The position numbers and the translations under genes were made by a program. This document shows, one piece after another, positions 1-8,641 of a stretch of 43,073 nucleotides of DNA; position 1 is the stretch's first letter; each line of letters starts with the position of its first letter. This stretch comes from Candidatus Woesearchaeota archaeon (GTDB lineage Archaea > Nanobdellota > Nanobdellia > SCGC-AAA011-G17 > ARS1403): the NCBI GenBank assembly GCA_016181275.1, contig JACOZQ010000009.1:1-43073 (forward strand), read 5' to 3'. A model generated the notes under the pieces. That model searched no databases. It was not told the origin of the DNA and saw only the letters and a program-made list of their open reading frames with translations.

Positions 1-3000
1 CTTCCAAGAATTAATGTGCTGGATTTTTTAAATGTCTTTTGATTCCAGTCAAAGCTGACATCGAAAGGAACTTCAGCATTTTCCTCTCCGATTATTTGGA
101 TTTTCCAAGCGACATCGCATCTATCTCCATATTTCATATTATTACATCCTGAGAATTCAATGTCATTCAGCTTAACAGTATCAGGATCTAATCCAAATAC
201 TTTTTGGAATAATGGCTTGTCTCCTCCGCAGCTGCTCCATTGAGCTACACTTCCAGGAATATTGCACTTGTCAAAGCAACTACAGCCGTCAACGTCATCG
301 CATTGCACATCGCATAAATCCAATTGCGTTCTCAAATTATCGCTCGGTCTGGAATACAAGCAGATCTCCTTGCTGTACTCTGAGCTGAATTTAGTCCAGT
401 CAGCAGAATCAATTTTTCCATTATTATCAAAGTCAGCTCTTGAATCAAAATTAGAATCTATTCCAGAATAAGTATTATATATAGTAGCAAAATAAACAAA
501 GTCAGAAAAGTCAATTACAGTATCCTGGTTAAAGTCAAAATTATTTATCTCGCTGCATCCTATTTGCTGTATTATTTGTGGCTGGCCGGGAACAGAGACA
601 GATTTGACAGTGACAGAGAATGCTGCTTCGCCAGATGCACCTCTTGAATCAGCAGCCCTAATTTTTATATTATAAACTCCAACATCTTTCTGGTACGCAC
701 CCCATCTTATGTTTCCAAAAGAATCCATGCTCATTCCGAAAGGAGCTTGAACTAAAGAATAAGATAAAGCATCATTATCAATATCATCAGCACTTGCTTT
801 AAATAATAAAACTTCTCCAGCAAATAATTCTTTGTTTGATATGCTTAAAGAAGGAGGATTATTAAGGACAGTTATAGCAAATCCTTTATCAGCTATTCCA
901 CCTCTTCCGTCGCTGGCTCTAACATTAACATTATGACTTCCTATTTGGCTGCTAGCTGATTTCCAGCTGATCAATCCATTGCTATTTATTGACATTCCAG
1001 CTGGAGCTTGTAACAAAGAATAAGCTAAAACATCGCCATCAGGATCACTGGCAGGAACTTGATAATTAAAATTGCTTTGAGCATTTATCTGCTGATTTGC
1101 TATGCTTGAGATTGTTGGATTATTATTGCATGCCTGTGTATTGCAGTTTTGAGTTTCAGTAGCAGCTCCAATACAGCTGGCTCCGCCGCAATAAGGAGCA
1201 GGGTTGTTGCATGTTCTAGCTCTAGTCTGAGTTCCTCCGCCGCAAGAAGCAGAGCACGAGCTCCATGAGCTCCAAGCATTCCAGCCGCCATTAACACTAA
1301 GTCCTTCATCAGTTTGTGCATTGCAATTGTCATCTATATTGTTGCATGTTTCAGTAGCACCTGGTTTAATATTGGCATTGGAATCAGAGCAGTCAAGATT
1401 ATTGCTTGAGTAACCAGCTGGCTGTGTGCATGCTTGAATCGCCGTTGATGATCCATATCCATCATTGTCCAGGTCTTTGTAATAAGTATTTTGAGCACAT
1501 AAAACAGTAAAAGTAAATCCTCTTCCAACATTGACTTTTGAATCAGAAACAGTAACTAAAATGCTATAAGCTCCAACCTGGCTGCTTGTTGGTGTGAAAG
1601 TTATCAAGCCATTATTATTAATAGACATGCCAGCAGGATTCTGTGATAAAGAATAGCTCAAAATATTTCCATCAGGGTCGCTAGCTTGAACTTGATAGCT
1701 AAAAAGATTTTTCTCTGTGACTTGTTGATTTGGAATGCTTGAAACAACAGGAGGATTATTTGGCGGTGGATTTACTATTATCGTAAAGCTGGTTTGAGAA
1801 TTTCCACCTCTTCCGTCGCTGACTTTTACAGTAGCAGTATGGCTTCCTAACTGGCTTGATGAAGGAATCCAGACAATGTTCCCGCCACCTCCAATAGTCA
1901 TTCCAGCTGGAGCCGATACTAAAGAATAACTCAACAAGTCTAAATCAGGATCTGAGCCAGTTGCAGTCAAGCTGAATGCGCTGTTCAAAGTTACCTCTTT
2001 ATTAGCAATCGGATTTATGCTTGGATTTCTATTGCATAAAGGCCTGTCATACTCGACAGCAAAAGCAACAAAGTCAGAAAAATCAACAACGCTGTTAGAA
2101 TTGAGATCATATCTTGTTTGATATCCTGCATCTGCAGAAGTTTTTCCAAAAGCAGCAGAAAATAAATTCCAATCATCAATGTCAATTCTTTTATCATTGT
2201 CATAATCCAAATTTCTATTTTCGGTGCATCCAGAAGCAGCTTTGGAAGCAGGAGCAGAAAGTGTACTGACAGTTATACTAAAGCTAGCTTGAGTTGCTCC
2301 TCCTTTATTATCATCAACGCTAACAGTAACACTATAGCTTCCGGCTTGACTTGTAGATGGTGTCCAGCTGATCAATCCTGCACTTGTCATCAACATGCCA
2401 CCAGGAGCCTGTGTTAAAGAATAAGAAACAGGATCATTATTAGGATCGCTGGCAGAAACTTGATAGCTAAACGGTTGACCGATAGTAATAGCTTGATTGC
2501 TAATCGTGTTTATAACAGGATTGCTGTTGCACGTTTGCGTATTGCAGCTCTGTGTTTCATAACTAGGTCCAGAACACTCAGCACCTCCGCACGCAGGAGC
2601 AGGATTGTTGCATGTCCTTGTTCTGCTTTGAGTTCCTCCGCCGCAAGAAGCAGAGCACGAGCTCCATGAGCTCCAAGCATTCCAGCCGCCATCAGTAGGA
2701 TAGCAAGTCGGCAAACAACTCCCATCTCCATAACAGCCGGCGCTACAATATGAATTAGTACCAACCCATTCATAGCAAGGATCTGAATCCCCATCAGTTC
2801 TGCAGTCAAATTGTTGCCAATAATCAGAATAATAGCCAGTTCCATATCTGCATTCTCTTCCTCCACCAGTGCATTCATTAGAGCAAGTAGTAACACATAA
2901 AGGGCTGTTAGATTCTTTTACTCTCCAGTAAATTGTTTTTTCTGCACTTACATAGCACCACTCAACCCAATTACTACTGCTGCATTTTCCATTCCCCATC

Positions 3001-3104
3001 CACACTCCATCGCTACAACCATTTGCTTGAGCTGGAGTCTCTGGGAAATCAACTATTGAAAAAAGAGAAATTACAAAGAAAATGAAAAATATTTTTAGTT
3101 TCAT
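1..3104 (-). CDS. Giant secreted surface/adhesin-like protein, 3'-partial (C-terminus beyond the left edge; about 1034 codons in the window). Contains a signal peptide, a Cys-rich head, 2 thrombospondin type-1 repeats, 5 He_PIG/cadherin-like Ig repeats and 2 dockerin-like Ca-loop modules.
   Basis: It is absent from the ORF track because this frame has no stop in the window; a stop would have produced a listed ORF starting at 3104. Hand translation from ATG 3104 gives [27 protein letters not shown]... I checked that the frame is open over 3104 to about 2000 and 600 to 1. TSR motifs: [54 protein letters not shown] (2690..2529) and [54 protein letters not shown] (1289..1128). There are five ASDP(D/N)xDxLSYSLxQAPxGM repeats. 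Paired DxDxDxxID loops lie at about 2207..2047 and 545..375. Its ATG overlaps the TGA of the upstream gene (ATGA at 3101..3104). Confidence 0.85.
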   Translation of the reverse strand, partial: MKLKIFFIFFVISLFSIVDFPETPAQANGCSDGVWMGNGKCSSSNWVEWCYVSAEKTIYWRVKESNSPLCVTTCSNECTGGGRECRYGTGYYSDYWQQFDCRTDGDSDPCYEWVGTNSYCSAGCYGDGSCLPTCYPTDGGWNAWSSWSSCSASCGGGTQSRTRTCNNPAPACGGAECSGPSYETQSCNTQTCNSNPVINTISNQAITIGQPFSYQVSASDPNNDPVSYSLTQAPGGMLMTSAGLISWTPSTSQAGSYSVTVSVDDNKGGATQASFSITVSTLSAPASKAASGCTENRNLDYDNDKRIDIDDWNLFSAAFGKTSADAGYQTRYDLNSNSVVDFSDFVAFAVEYDRPLCNRNPSINPIANKEVTLNSAFSLTATGSDPDLDLLSYSLVSAPAGMTIGGGGNIVWIPSSSQLGSHTATVKVSDGRGGNSQTSFTIIVNPPPNNPPVVSSIPNQQVTEKNLFSYQVQASDPDGNILSYSLSQNPAGMSINNNGLITFTPTSSQVGAYSILVTVSDSKVNVGRGFTFTVLCAQNTYYKDLDNDGYGSSTAIQACTQPAGYSSNNLDCSDSNANIKPGATETCNNIDDNCNAQTDEGLSVNGGWNAWSSWSSCSASCGGGTQTRARTCNNPAPYCGGASCIGAATETQNCNTQACNNNPTISSIANQQINAQSNFNYQVPASDPDGDVLAYSLLQAPAGMSINSNGLISWKSASSQIGSHNVNVRASDGRGGIADKGFAITVLNNPPSLSISNKELFAGEVLLFKASADDIDNDALSYSLVQAPFGMSMDSFGNIRWGAYQKDVGVYNIKIRAADSRGASGEAAFSVTVKSVSVPGQPQIIQQIGCSEINNFDFNQDTVIDFSDFVYFATIYNTYSGIDSNFDSRADFDNNGKIDSADWTKFSSEYSKEICLYSRPSDNLRTQLDLCDVQCDDVDGCSCFDKCNIPGSVAQWSSCGGDKPLFQKVFGLDPDTVKLNDIEFSGCNNMKYGDRCDVAWKIQIIGEENAEVPFDVSFDWNQKTFKKSSTLILG
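1228..1291. repeat. Perfect 64-nt intragenic repeat, copy A (core of TSP1 repeat 2)
   Basis: 1228..1291 is identical to 2629..2692 by direct base-by-base comparison. The flanking bases diverge. It encodes ...[21 protein letters not shown]. Confidence 0.9.
2629..2692. repeat. Perfect 64-nt intragenic repeat, copy B (core of TSP1 repeat 1)
   Basis: Identical to 1228..1291. The repeat also shows up in the off-frame track ORFs 1100..1333 and 2510..2896, which share [20 protein letters not shown]. Confidence 0.9.
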
Positions 3105-3457
3105 AATTTTTGGCATTCCTCCCTTAAGAAGTCATTTATAATTTTATCGCATAAATCTAAATTTCCTTTTTTTGCATTTTCAAAGTAATAATTATCTTCG
3201 CATAATTGTTTTGATTCCTGCTCAAAATTTTCGCAGAGCTCAATGTTTTCAGCAGAATTTCTTAATAATTGGTTCTCAGAAAAAGAAAGATCATCAGATT
3301 CATCAGGAGAAAAGCTTCCAAAGCAAATTTTCTCTCCATCAACGTCAGCATAATTTTCGCATTTCTCAACAGCAGCATTTCTCTCACAGCCCTGTCCAGT
3401 TACAAATACTAAAGTAATAAAGATTGCAAATATCCAAAATTTATTTTTTATTTTCAT
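3101..3457 (-). CDS. Small secreted Cys-rich acidic protein (possible lipoprotein)
   Basis: N-terminal signal [24 protein letters not shown], with a Cys directly after the hydrophobic core (lipobox-like). There are 8 Cys in 118 aa. ATGA start/stop overlaps occur at both ends (3454..3457 and 3101..3104). Confidence 0.7.
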   Translation of the reverse strand: MKIKNKFWIFAIFITLVFVTGQGCERNAAVEKCENYADVDGEKICFGSFSPDESDDLSFSENQLLRNSAENIELCENFEQESKQLCEDNYYFENAKKGNLDLCDKIINDFLREECQKL

Positions 3458-4848
3458 TTTATATTAATATCAACATTCCCGCAGCCATTAGCATCTTGGC
3501 ACACAAATCCCGCGACAACAGCAATATCAACCCCGCTGGGAACTTCAATTCTCTGCCCAGCATCGTATCCGTAAATTATAACAGCAGGATCACATGTATT
3601 TATCGGAGGATTATTCTCGTCAGCAACCCATCGTCCGAGCTCATTGCAAACTTCCTCTCCTCTAATGCATATTCCGCTTCCAGTTCTTCTCTGGCCTAAT
3701 CTGCATTGGCAGCCAATTTCATCAATTTCATTATTGCAGTTGTTATCAATGCCGTCGCAGATCTCATTCATCCCAGGATTAATATTGGCATTGTCATCTC
3801 TGCAGTCGTCAACTTTATACCCGGCAAGCAGGCATAAATTATTTGATGCATAATTATCCAAGTCCTTGTCGCAAAAGCTGTCGCATCTCAAATCAGCAAT
3901 GCCGTCGCAGTTATTGTCTATATTATCATATCCAGTTTCAGCTTCGCAACTTTCAGTAGCAGCAGGATTAATATTTTCATTTGCATCATTGCAGTCAATT
4001 CCACCAGTGAAAATAATATCATCATAGCCATCCCCATCTTTATCAAATTCATTTGCCAGTAAAGTGCATTCGCAGTAGCTCGAAAATAATGGATCATAAT
4101 CCTTTGGAAAAACATTTTCTTCAACAAGGCCGAAAACAGAATTAGAGCAGATCCCGCTACCGATTTTTTTAGAATATCCCGGATAGTTGCATCCCAGCTG
4201 CTCTTGCAAAATTATTTCCTGCTCACCTTCTTCAATAATGATCTCTTCTTCAAATCTTTCTTCTCCGGCTGAAACACACTCTCCGATTTTGCCTTTGCAT
4301 TCTTCCAAGTTTTCATTGGTGCAGCAAATCTGATTATTGCTTGGGCATCCGCAAAATCCAGGATATGAACAGCTGCTGATAATCTCTCCTTCCGAGCAAT
4401 AATAAGGTCTGTCAGCAATATTGTTTGTAACAAATCCAGCACATTGATTGTTTTTAATTAACGTCCCATTATAATCGCAGCTCAGCAGATAATCTTGGCT
4501 CAAAGTAAAATCTTTTCTGACAGCATTTTTCCTCTCAGCATCCCAGATTACAAAGTAATAATCTCCAGGCTCAAAAATTCCAGTTCCAATCTGGCTGAAT
4601 GCTATTCTTGCCTCGCAATTAGCCACATTATTACAATTTAAAGGTACAGTTCCAATAAATCTCTGAATTGGATCAGCTCCCTCAAAGTATTTTCCTTTGT
4701 AAAATTCGACATTGTCGCTATATCCTTTATCGGAAATCTTAATCAAAATTCCTCCTTTAATGAATGAAAAATTAACTGAGAAATTAACCTGAGCTAAAGA
4801 AAGCGGTACGATTAGCAAAATTAAAATTAAAATCAGTTTCTTATACAA
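3454..4848 (-). CDS. Secreted Cys-rich protein with MopE-like 'putative metal-binding' CxDxxxxInPgxxExCDGIDNnC repeats
   Basis: The track ORF is 3454..4935. I prefer the TTG start at 4848, which is preceded by AGAGGTGGGA (SD-like, 4851..4860) and yields (M)YKKLILILILLIVPLSLAQ, a clean signal peptide. Motifs: DCNDANENINPAATESCEAETGYDNIDNNCDG and DCRDDNANINPGMNEICDGIDNNCNNEIDE. Confidence 0.75.
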   Translation of the reverse strand: MYKKLILILILLIVPLSLAQVNFSVNFSFIKGGILIKISDKGYSDNVEFYKGKYFEGADPIQRFIGTVPLNCNNVANCEARIAFSQIGTGIFEPGDYYFVIWDAERKNAVRKDFTLSQDYLLSCDYNGTLIKNNQCAGFVTNNIADRPYYCSEGEIISSCSYPGFCGCPSNNQICCTNENLEECKGKIGECVSAGEERFEEEIIIEEGEQEIILQEQLGCNYPGYSKKIGSGICSNSVFGLVEENVFPKDYDPLFSSYCECTLLANEFDKDGDGYDDIIFTGGIDCNDANENINPAATESCEAETGYDNIDNNCDGIADLRCDSFCDKDLDNYASNNLCLLAGYKVDDCRDDNANINPGMNEICDGIDNNCNNEIDEIGCQCRLGQRRTGSGICIRGEEVCNELGRWVADENNPPINTCDPAVIIYGYDAGQRIEVPSGVDIAVVAGFVCQDANGCGNVDINIK

Positions 4849-4988
4849 AATCCCACCTCTATTTTTATCATAAAGATTGCAACCTTCAGATAAATTTATA
4901 CATATTATATCATATAAAAAACTTTCTAATATCACCGCAAGTTAGCAAAGAATGCAGGTAAAAGATATTTAAGCTTAAAAAAATAAAA

Positions 4989-5528
4989 TCACTGAACTTG
5001 CTCTCTCAAACAATTTCTCACTTCAATTATTTTTTTCAGCTCATTGCAAAAATTAGCTCCCTTTGAAGTTTCAACTTTTGGAACAACCTCGATCTTTTTA
5101 ATTTCCCTGTACCATCTCTCTTCAGAATCTTCTTCAGCTTTTTCTTCTGGGCGGGCAACTCCGATTTCCTTAACTTCATAAGCATTCAATCTAGTTCCGT
5201 ATAGAAAAGTGCCAACTTCGCTTCCTTCATCGAATAAAACACTGACTACAAAATTTTCCTTGAAGTCAATATTCTTCTCATTTCTCACTCTAACAAGGAT
5301 TGCATTTTTTATTTTATCAGGTCCACTGTCAGAAGGATTGCAGTAGGCATCCTCAATAAAGAATTTTACCTCGTTGCAGCTTGAAAATCTTTCGAATGAT
5401 TCCTGTCCTTTTTCCAGACTTTTTTCAATTGATTTTCTCGAGAAGCTTACTAAAACACTTGTCAAGGCAACAACCAAGACAATCAACAAAACTGTGGATA
5501 TTATCGGCGAGATTCCTTTCTTTTCCAT
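4989..5528 (-). CDS. Archaeal type IV pilin-like protein (class III signal peptide)
   Basis: The N-terminus MEKKGISPIISTVLLIVLVVALTSVLVSF matches the archaeal prepilin/DUF1628-type KG|ISPIIxTVLLI processing site followed by a hydrophobic helix. Confidence 0.8.
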   Translation of the reverse strand: MEKKGISPIISTVLLIVLVVALTSVLVSFSRKSIEKSLEKGQESFERFSSCNEVKFFIEDAYCNPSDSGPDKIKNAILVRVRNEKNIDFKENFVVSVLFDEGSEVGTFLYGTRLNAYEVKEIGVARPEEKAEEDSEERWYREIKKIEVVPKVETSKGANFCNELKKIIEVRNCLREQVQ

Positions 5529-5567
5529 GACAATCTTTAAAAGTCTTTAATATTTAATAGTTTTCAT

Positions 5568-5642
5568 GGGCCTATAGTTTAGTCTGGATAAAACATTCGG
5601 CTTCGGACCGAAAGATCTGGGGTTCAAATCCTCATAGGCTCG
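5568..5642 (+). tRNA. tRNA-Arg (anticodon UCG)
   Basis: Cloverleaf folded by hand: acceptor GGGCCTA/TAGGCTC (one G-U pair), D stem GTTT/AAAC, anticodon stem TTCGG/CCGAA with loop CTTCGGA, T stem TGGGG/CCTCA with loop TTCAAAT, discriminator G. No CCA is encoded. Confidence 0.85.
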
Positions 5643-5832
5643 ATTTAATTTTATAAAATCTTTCTAAACAAATAATCTATGAGGAATAACAATAAATGGA
5701 AAAATACATTTCATAATTAGCTTCAGAATATAATTGGAAAGAAATAGAGATGTTCAAACCTTTACTTGGATTGATGAGAATTCGGAGAGATTATAGAAAT
5801 AATTAAAAACTTGATAAATCACAATTTATATT

Positions 5833-5873
5833 AAAATGGCAGAAGAGACTCAAGAAGCAATAACTGTAAAAAA
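5833..5873 (+). repeat. Direct repeat, left copy: duplicate of the proS ribosome-binding/start region
   Basis: aaaatggcaGaagaGactcaagaagcaataactgtaaaaaa compared with 6520..6560 gives 39/41 identical by direct comparison. Confidence 0.9.
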
Positions 5874-5886
5874 GATTTATAAATAA
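5836..5886 (+). pseudogene. proS: Remnant 5' end of proS (16 codons, MAEETQEAITVKKIYK*)
   Basis: The first 13 codons parallel the intact ProRS N-terminus MAKETQEAITVKK. The reading frame then diverges and stops. Confidence 0.7.
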
Positions 5887-5905
5887 TGAAAATTATGCAA
5901 ATAAT

Positions 5906-6103
5906 ATGATATTTAACATACAGGATTACAAGGAAAATTTGGAAGTGTTTGAAAAAAGAATAGAATTATTAATTGGAAGTAAGTTGAAATTAAATAATAA
6001 AATTATAAATGCAGTTGCAGTGCAAGATGCAGCGAGATCAAAAATAAAAGGATGGGATGGCACAAAAGAAATCAGAAAATGGAGAGAAAGAAAAGCAAGC
6101 TAA
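5906..6103 (+). CDS. Putative antitoxin (VapB-like partner of the PIN protein)
   Basis: A 65-aa ORF immediately upstream of, and overlapping by 47 nt, a PIN-domain gene. It has a basic C-terminal tail GWDGTKEIRKWRERK. The assignment is by context only. Confidence 0.5.
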   Translation: MIFNIQDYKENLEVFEKRIELLIGSKLKLNNKIINAVAVQDAARSKIKGWDGTKEIRKWRERKAS

Positions 6104-6521
6104 TAATCTTGTCATCGATAGTTCTGTTGTAATCAAGTGGTTTTCTGATGAAGAAGATACAAAAAAGGCATTAAAAATAAGAGAGGATTTCTTGAATGGA
6201 AAAAATATAATTGCTGTGCCAGATATACAAATCTATGAAATAGCTAATGCATTAAGGTATAATAAACATATCACAAAAGAAGAAGTTATAAAATACGCAG
6301 ACAGTTTAATTGATATAGGCATAATTATTGTAATCCCAACAGCAGAAATAATAAAATCCTCAATAGAAATTGCTTTTGAGTATAATATTACAATTTATGA
6401 TGCGTGCTTCATATCACTAGCAAAAGATTTAAACTTTGATTTCATAACAGCTGATGAAAAGCTTTATCAAAAAATAGAAACATTAAAATTTGCTAGACTA
6501 TTAAATAATTTAAAAATATAA
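6057..6521 (+). CDS. vapC: PIN-domain ribonuclease toxin (VapC-like)
   Basis: LVIDSSVVIKWF (first acidic residue), IYEIANAL, IYDACFISLA and FITADEKL match the conserved PIN acidic quartet layout. The size is about 150 aa. Confidence 0.7.
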   Translation: MAQKKSENGEKEKQANNLVIDSSVVIKWFSDEEDTKKALKIREDFLNGKNIIAVPDIQIYEIANALRYNKHITKEEVIKYADSLIDIGIIIVIPTAEIIKSSIEIAFEYNITIYDACFISLAKDLNFDFITADEKLYQKIETLKFARLLNNLKI

Positions 6522-6560
6522 AATGGCAAAAGAAACTCAAGAAGCAATAACTGTAAAAAA
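6520..6560 (+). repeat. Direct repeat, right copy (functional proS start region)
   Basis: See 5833..5873. The repeat spans the vapC stop (6519..6521) and the proS ATG (6523). Confidence 0.9.
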
Positions 6561-7950
6561 ATCAGAAGACTTTTCAGAATGGTACCAGCAGGTAGTTCAA
6601 AAAGCAGAGTTGGCAGATTATTCAACAGTAAAAGGATGTATGATTATTAGACCAAATGCTTATTATATATGGCAGCAGATCCAGGATTATTTCAATAAAA
6701 GATTAAAGTCTTTAAAAGTAAAAAATGCTTACTTCCCATTATTTATTCCAGAAAAATTTTTCCAAAAAGAAGCAGAACATGCTCAAGGCTTCAAGCCAGA
6801 AGTTGCTTGGATTGCAAATACGGAAGAAGGAGAAAGATTAGCAATACGCCCGACTTCAGAAACAGTAATGTATGATTCTTATTCGAAGTGGATTAGAAGT
6901 CATAAAGACTTGCCTTTAAGAATTAACCAATGGGTGAATATTGTAAGATGGGAGACAAAAGCAACTCGTTTGTTTATTCGTACTAGAGAATTTTTATGGC
7001 AGGAAGGTCATTGTGTTTATGAGACAGAAAAAGAATGCGACAAAGAAACTCTAATTTTTTTAAGAGAATATGAAAAACTCTGTAAAGAATTATTAGCATT
7101 GCCAGTTATAACAGGAAAAAAATCTGAAAAAGAAAAGTTTGCGGGAGCTCATTACACATTAAGTATAGAATCAATCATGCCCGACGGAAAAGCTTTGCAG
7201 ATGGGAACATCGCATAATCTAGGACAAGGATTTGCAAGATCATTTAAAATTAATTTCTTGGGAAAAGATGGAAAGGAGCACATGCCATGGCAGAATTCTT
7301 GGGGAGTGACAACAAGATTAATTGGAGCTCTAGCAATGATGCATGGCGACGATAAAGGATTGATTCTGCCTCCAAAAGTAGCAATCCATAAAATTGTCCT
7401 CGTTCCTATCTTATTTAAAGACTCTCAAGAAAAAGTTCTAAAGAAGGCTAAAGAGTTGGAAAAAAAATTAAAAAAATATGATTGCTTGCTCGATGATAGG
7501 GGGGGATATTCGGCAGGTTGGAAATTCAATGAATGGGAAGTAAAGGGAATTCCGATAAGGATTGAGCTCGGTCCGAGAGATTTGCAAAAAAATCAAGTTG
7601 TTTTGATAAGAAGGGACACAAATCACAAGAAGGAAGTTAAGATTTCTCAGCTTGATAAAGCAATAAAAAAAACTTTGGAAGATATTCATAATAATTTATA
7701 TGAAAAAGCAAGAAAAGAATTAGAATCAAAGGTTGTTGAAGTCGATAATCTAGTAGATTTTAGAAAAGCAATAAAGGGAGATAAATTGGTAAAAGTTTTT
7801 TGGTGTGGTTCTCGTGATTCAGAAGAAGAATTAAAAGAGCTTGCGGAAGGAGCTAAAAGCATCAACTCTCCATTCGATCAAAACAAAAAAGGAAAATGCT
7901 TCCACTGCAATAAAGAATCAAATTACTGGTATTTTGCTAAAAGTTACTAA
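6523..7950 (+). CDS. proS: Prolyl-tRNA synthetase, archaeal/eukaryal type
   Basis: 475 aa. Motifs: FSEWYQQVVQKAELADYSTVKGCMIIRPNAY, AIRPTSET, RWE..TR.FIRTREFLWQEGH, and a C-terminal Zn-domain ending ...YWYFAKSY typical of the archaeal-type enzyme. Confidence 0.9.
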   Translation: MAKETQEAITVKKSEDFSEWYQQVVQKAELADYSTVKGCMIIRPNAYYIWQQIQDYFNKRLKSLKVKNAYFPLFIPEKFFQKEAEHAQGFKPEVAWIANTEEGERLAIRPTSETVMYDSYSKWIRSHKDLPLRINQWVNIVRWETKATRLFIRTREFLWQEGHCVYETEKECDKETLIFLREYEKLCKELLALPVITGKKSEKEKFAGAHYTLSIESIMPDGKALQMGTSHNLGQGFARSFKINFLGKDGKEHMPWQNSWGVTTRLIGALAMMHGDDKGLILPPKVAIHKIVLVPILFKDSQEKVLKKAKELEKKLKKYDCLLDDRGGYSAGWKFNEWEVKGIPIRIELGPRDLQKNQVVLIRRDTNHKKEVKISQLDKAIKKTLEDIHNNLYEKARKELESKVVEVDNLVDFRKAIKGDKLVKVFWCGSRDSEEELKELAEGAKSINSPFDQNKKGKCFHCNKESNYWYFAKSY

Positions 7951-8641
7951 ATGCATTATTCTCTCTTTCTTGTCCAATAGTTGTACTAGGCCCATGACCA
8001 GGAAAAATCCACAAATTTTTATTCAAAGAAAGAATTTTTTTAAAACTTTCAAGTAATTTTTTATAAGAAAAATTCCCACCACCCAAAGATCCGGCAAAAA
8101 TTAAATCTCCTGAAAACAAAAAATCTTCAACTAAAAATGTTACAGAATCGGCAGTATGTCCGGGGGTTGAAATTCTTTTTATACTGTATCCAAGAAAATT
8201 AATTTTATTTTTCTTCTCGACTTTTATTTTAAGTTTATCTTCGATTTTTCCAAGGCCATCAGTGTGATCATCATGTCCATGTGTTAATAAAATAAATTTC
8301 GCTTTCAATTTCAGTTCTTCAATTTTTTCAATTACAAAATCAGCATCTCCACAAGTGTCGATGATGGCGCATTTATTTCCTTTGACAAGCAGATAAGAAT
8401 TAACATTGCCTTTATAAAAAGGAACTTGTATTCTTTCCACTCTAAGCTCATTAGTTTTTCTGAAAAAATTATATTCTCTAGGATAATATTTCTTATCTCT
8501 GATGTTTTTCAAGGCTGTTAAATTTAAATTAAGTTCTTTGCAAATGTCTTCTATTTTTTCAGTTTTAATTTTTTTATTCGAACCCTTCATCGCTTTAGAT
8601 ATTATGTCTTCATAATTGTCTTCTAAATCCAACCCAACCAC
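7937..8641 (-). CDS. Metallo-beta-lactamase-fold hydrolase (glyoxalase II-like)
   Basis: Motifs LLTHGHDDHTDG (HxHxDH), TPGHTADS and a C-terminal PGHG. It converges on proS with a 14-nt overlap. The true start may be the internal MKGSNKK. Confidence 0.75.
   Translation of the reverse strand: MVGLDLEDNYEDIISKAMKGSNKKIKTEKIEDICKELNLNLTALKNIRDKKYYPREYNFFRKTNELRVERIQVPFYKGNVNSYLLVKGNKCAIIDTCGDADFVIEKIEELKLKAKFILLTHGHDDHTDGLGKIEDKLKIKVEKKNKINFLGYSIKRISTPGHTADSVTFLVEDFLFSGDLIFAGSLGGGNFSYKKLLESFKKILSLNKNLWIFPGHGPSTTIGQERENNAFSNF

Noticed and set aside
1100-2896. Track ORFs 1100..1333, 1334..1531, 2015..2203 and 2510..2896 (minus) and 2460..2669 (plus)
   Set aside because: All lie off-frame or antisense inside the giant open frame 3104..1. 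Their sequences are Leu/Ala-rich shadows of the real Cys/Gly/Ser-rich frame, and two of them merely mirror the 64-nt repeat.
4849-4935. N-terminal extension MILESFLYDIICINLSEGCNLYDKNRGGI of the 493-aa track ORF
   Set aside because: The extension has no signal-like character. A TTG at 4848 with an upstream GAGGTGG gives a canonical signal peptide.
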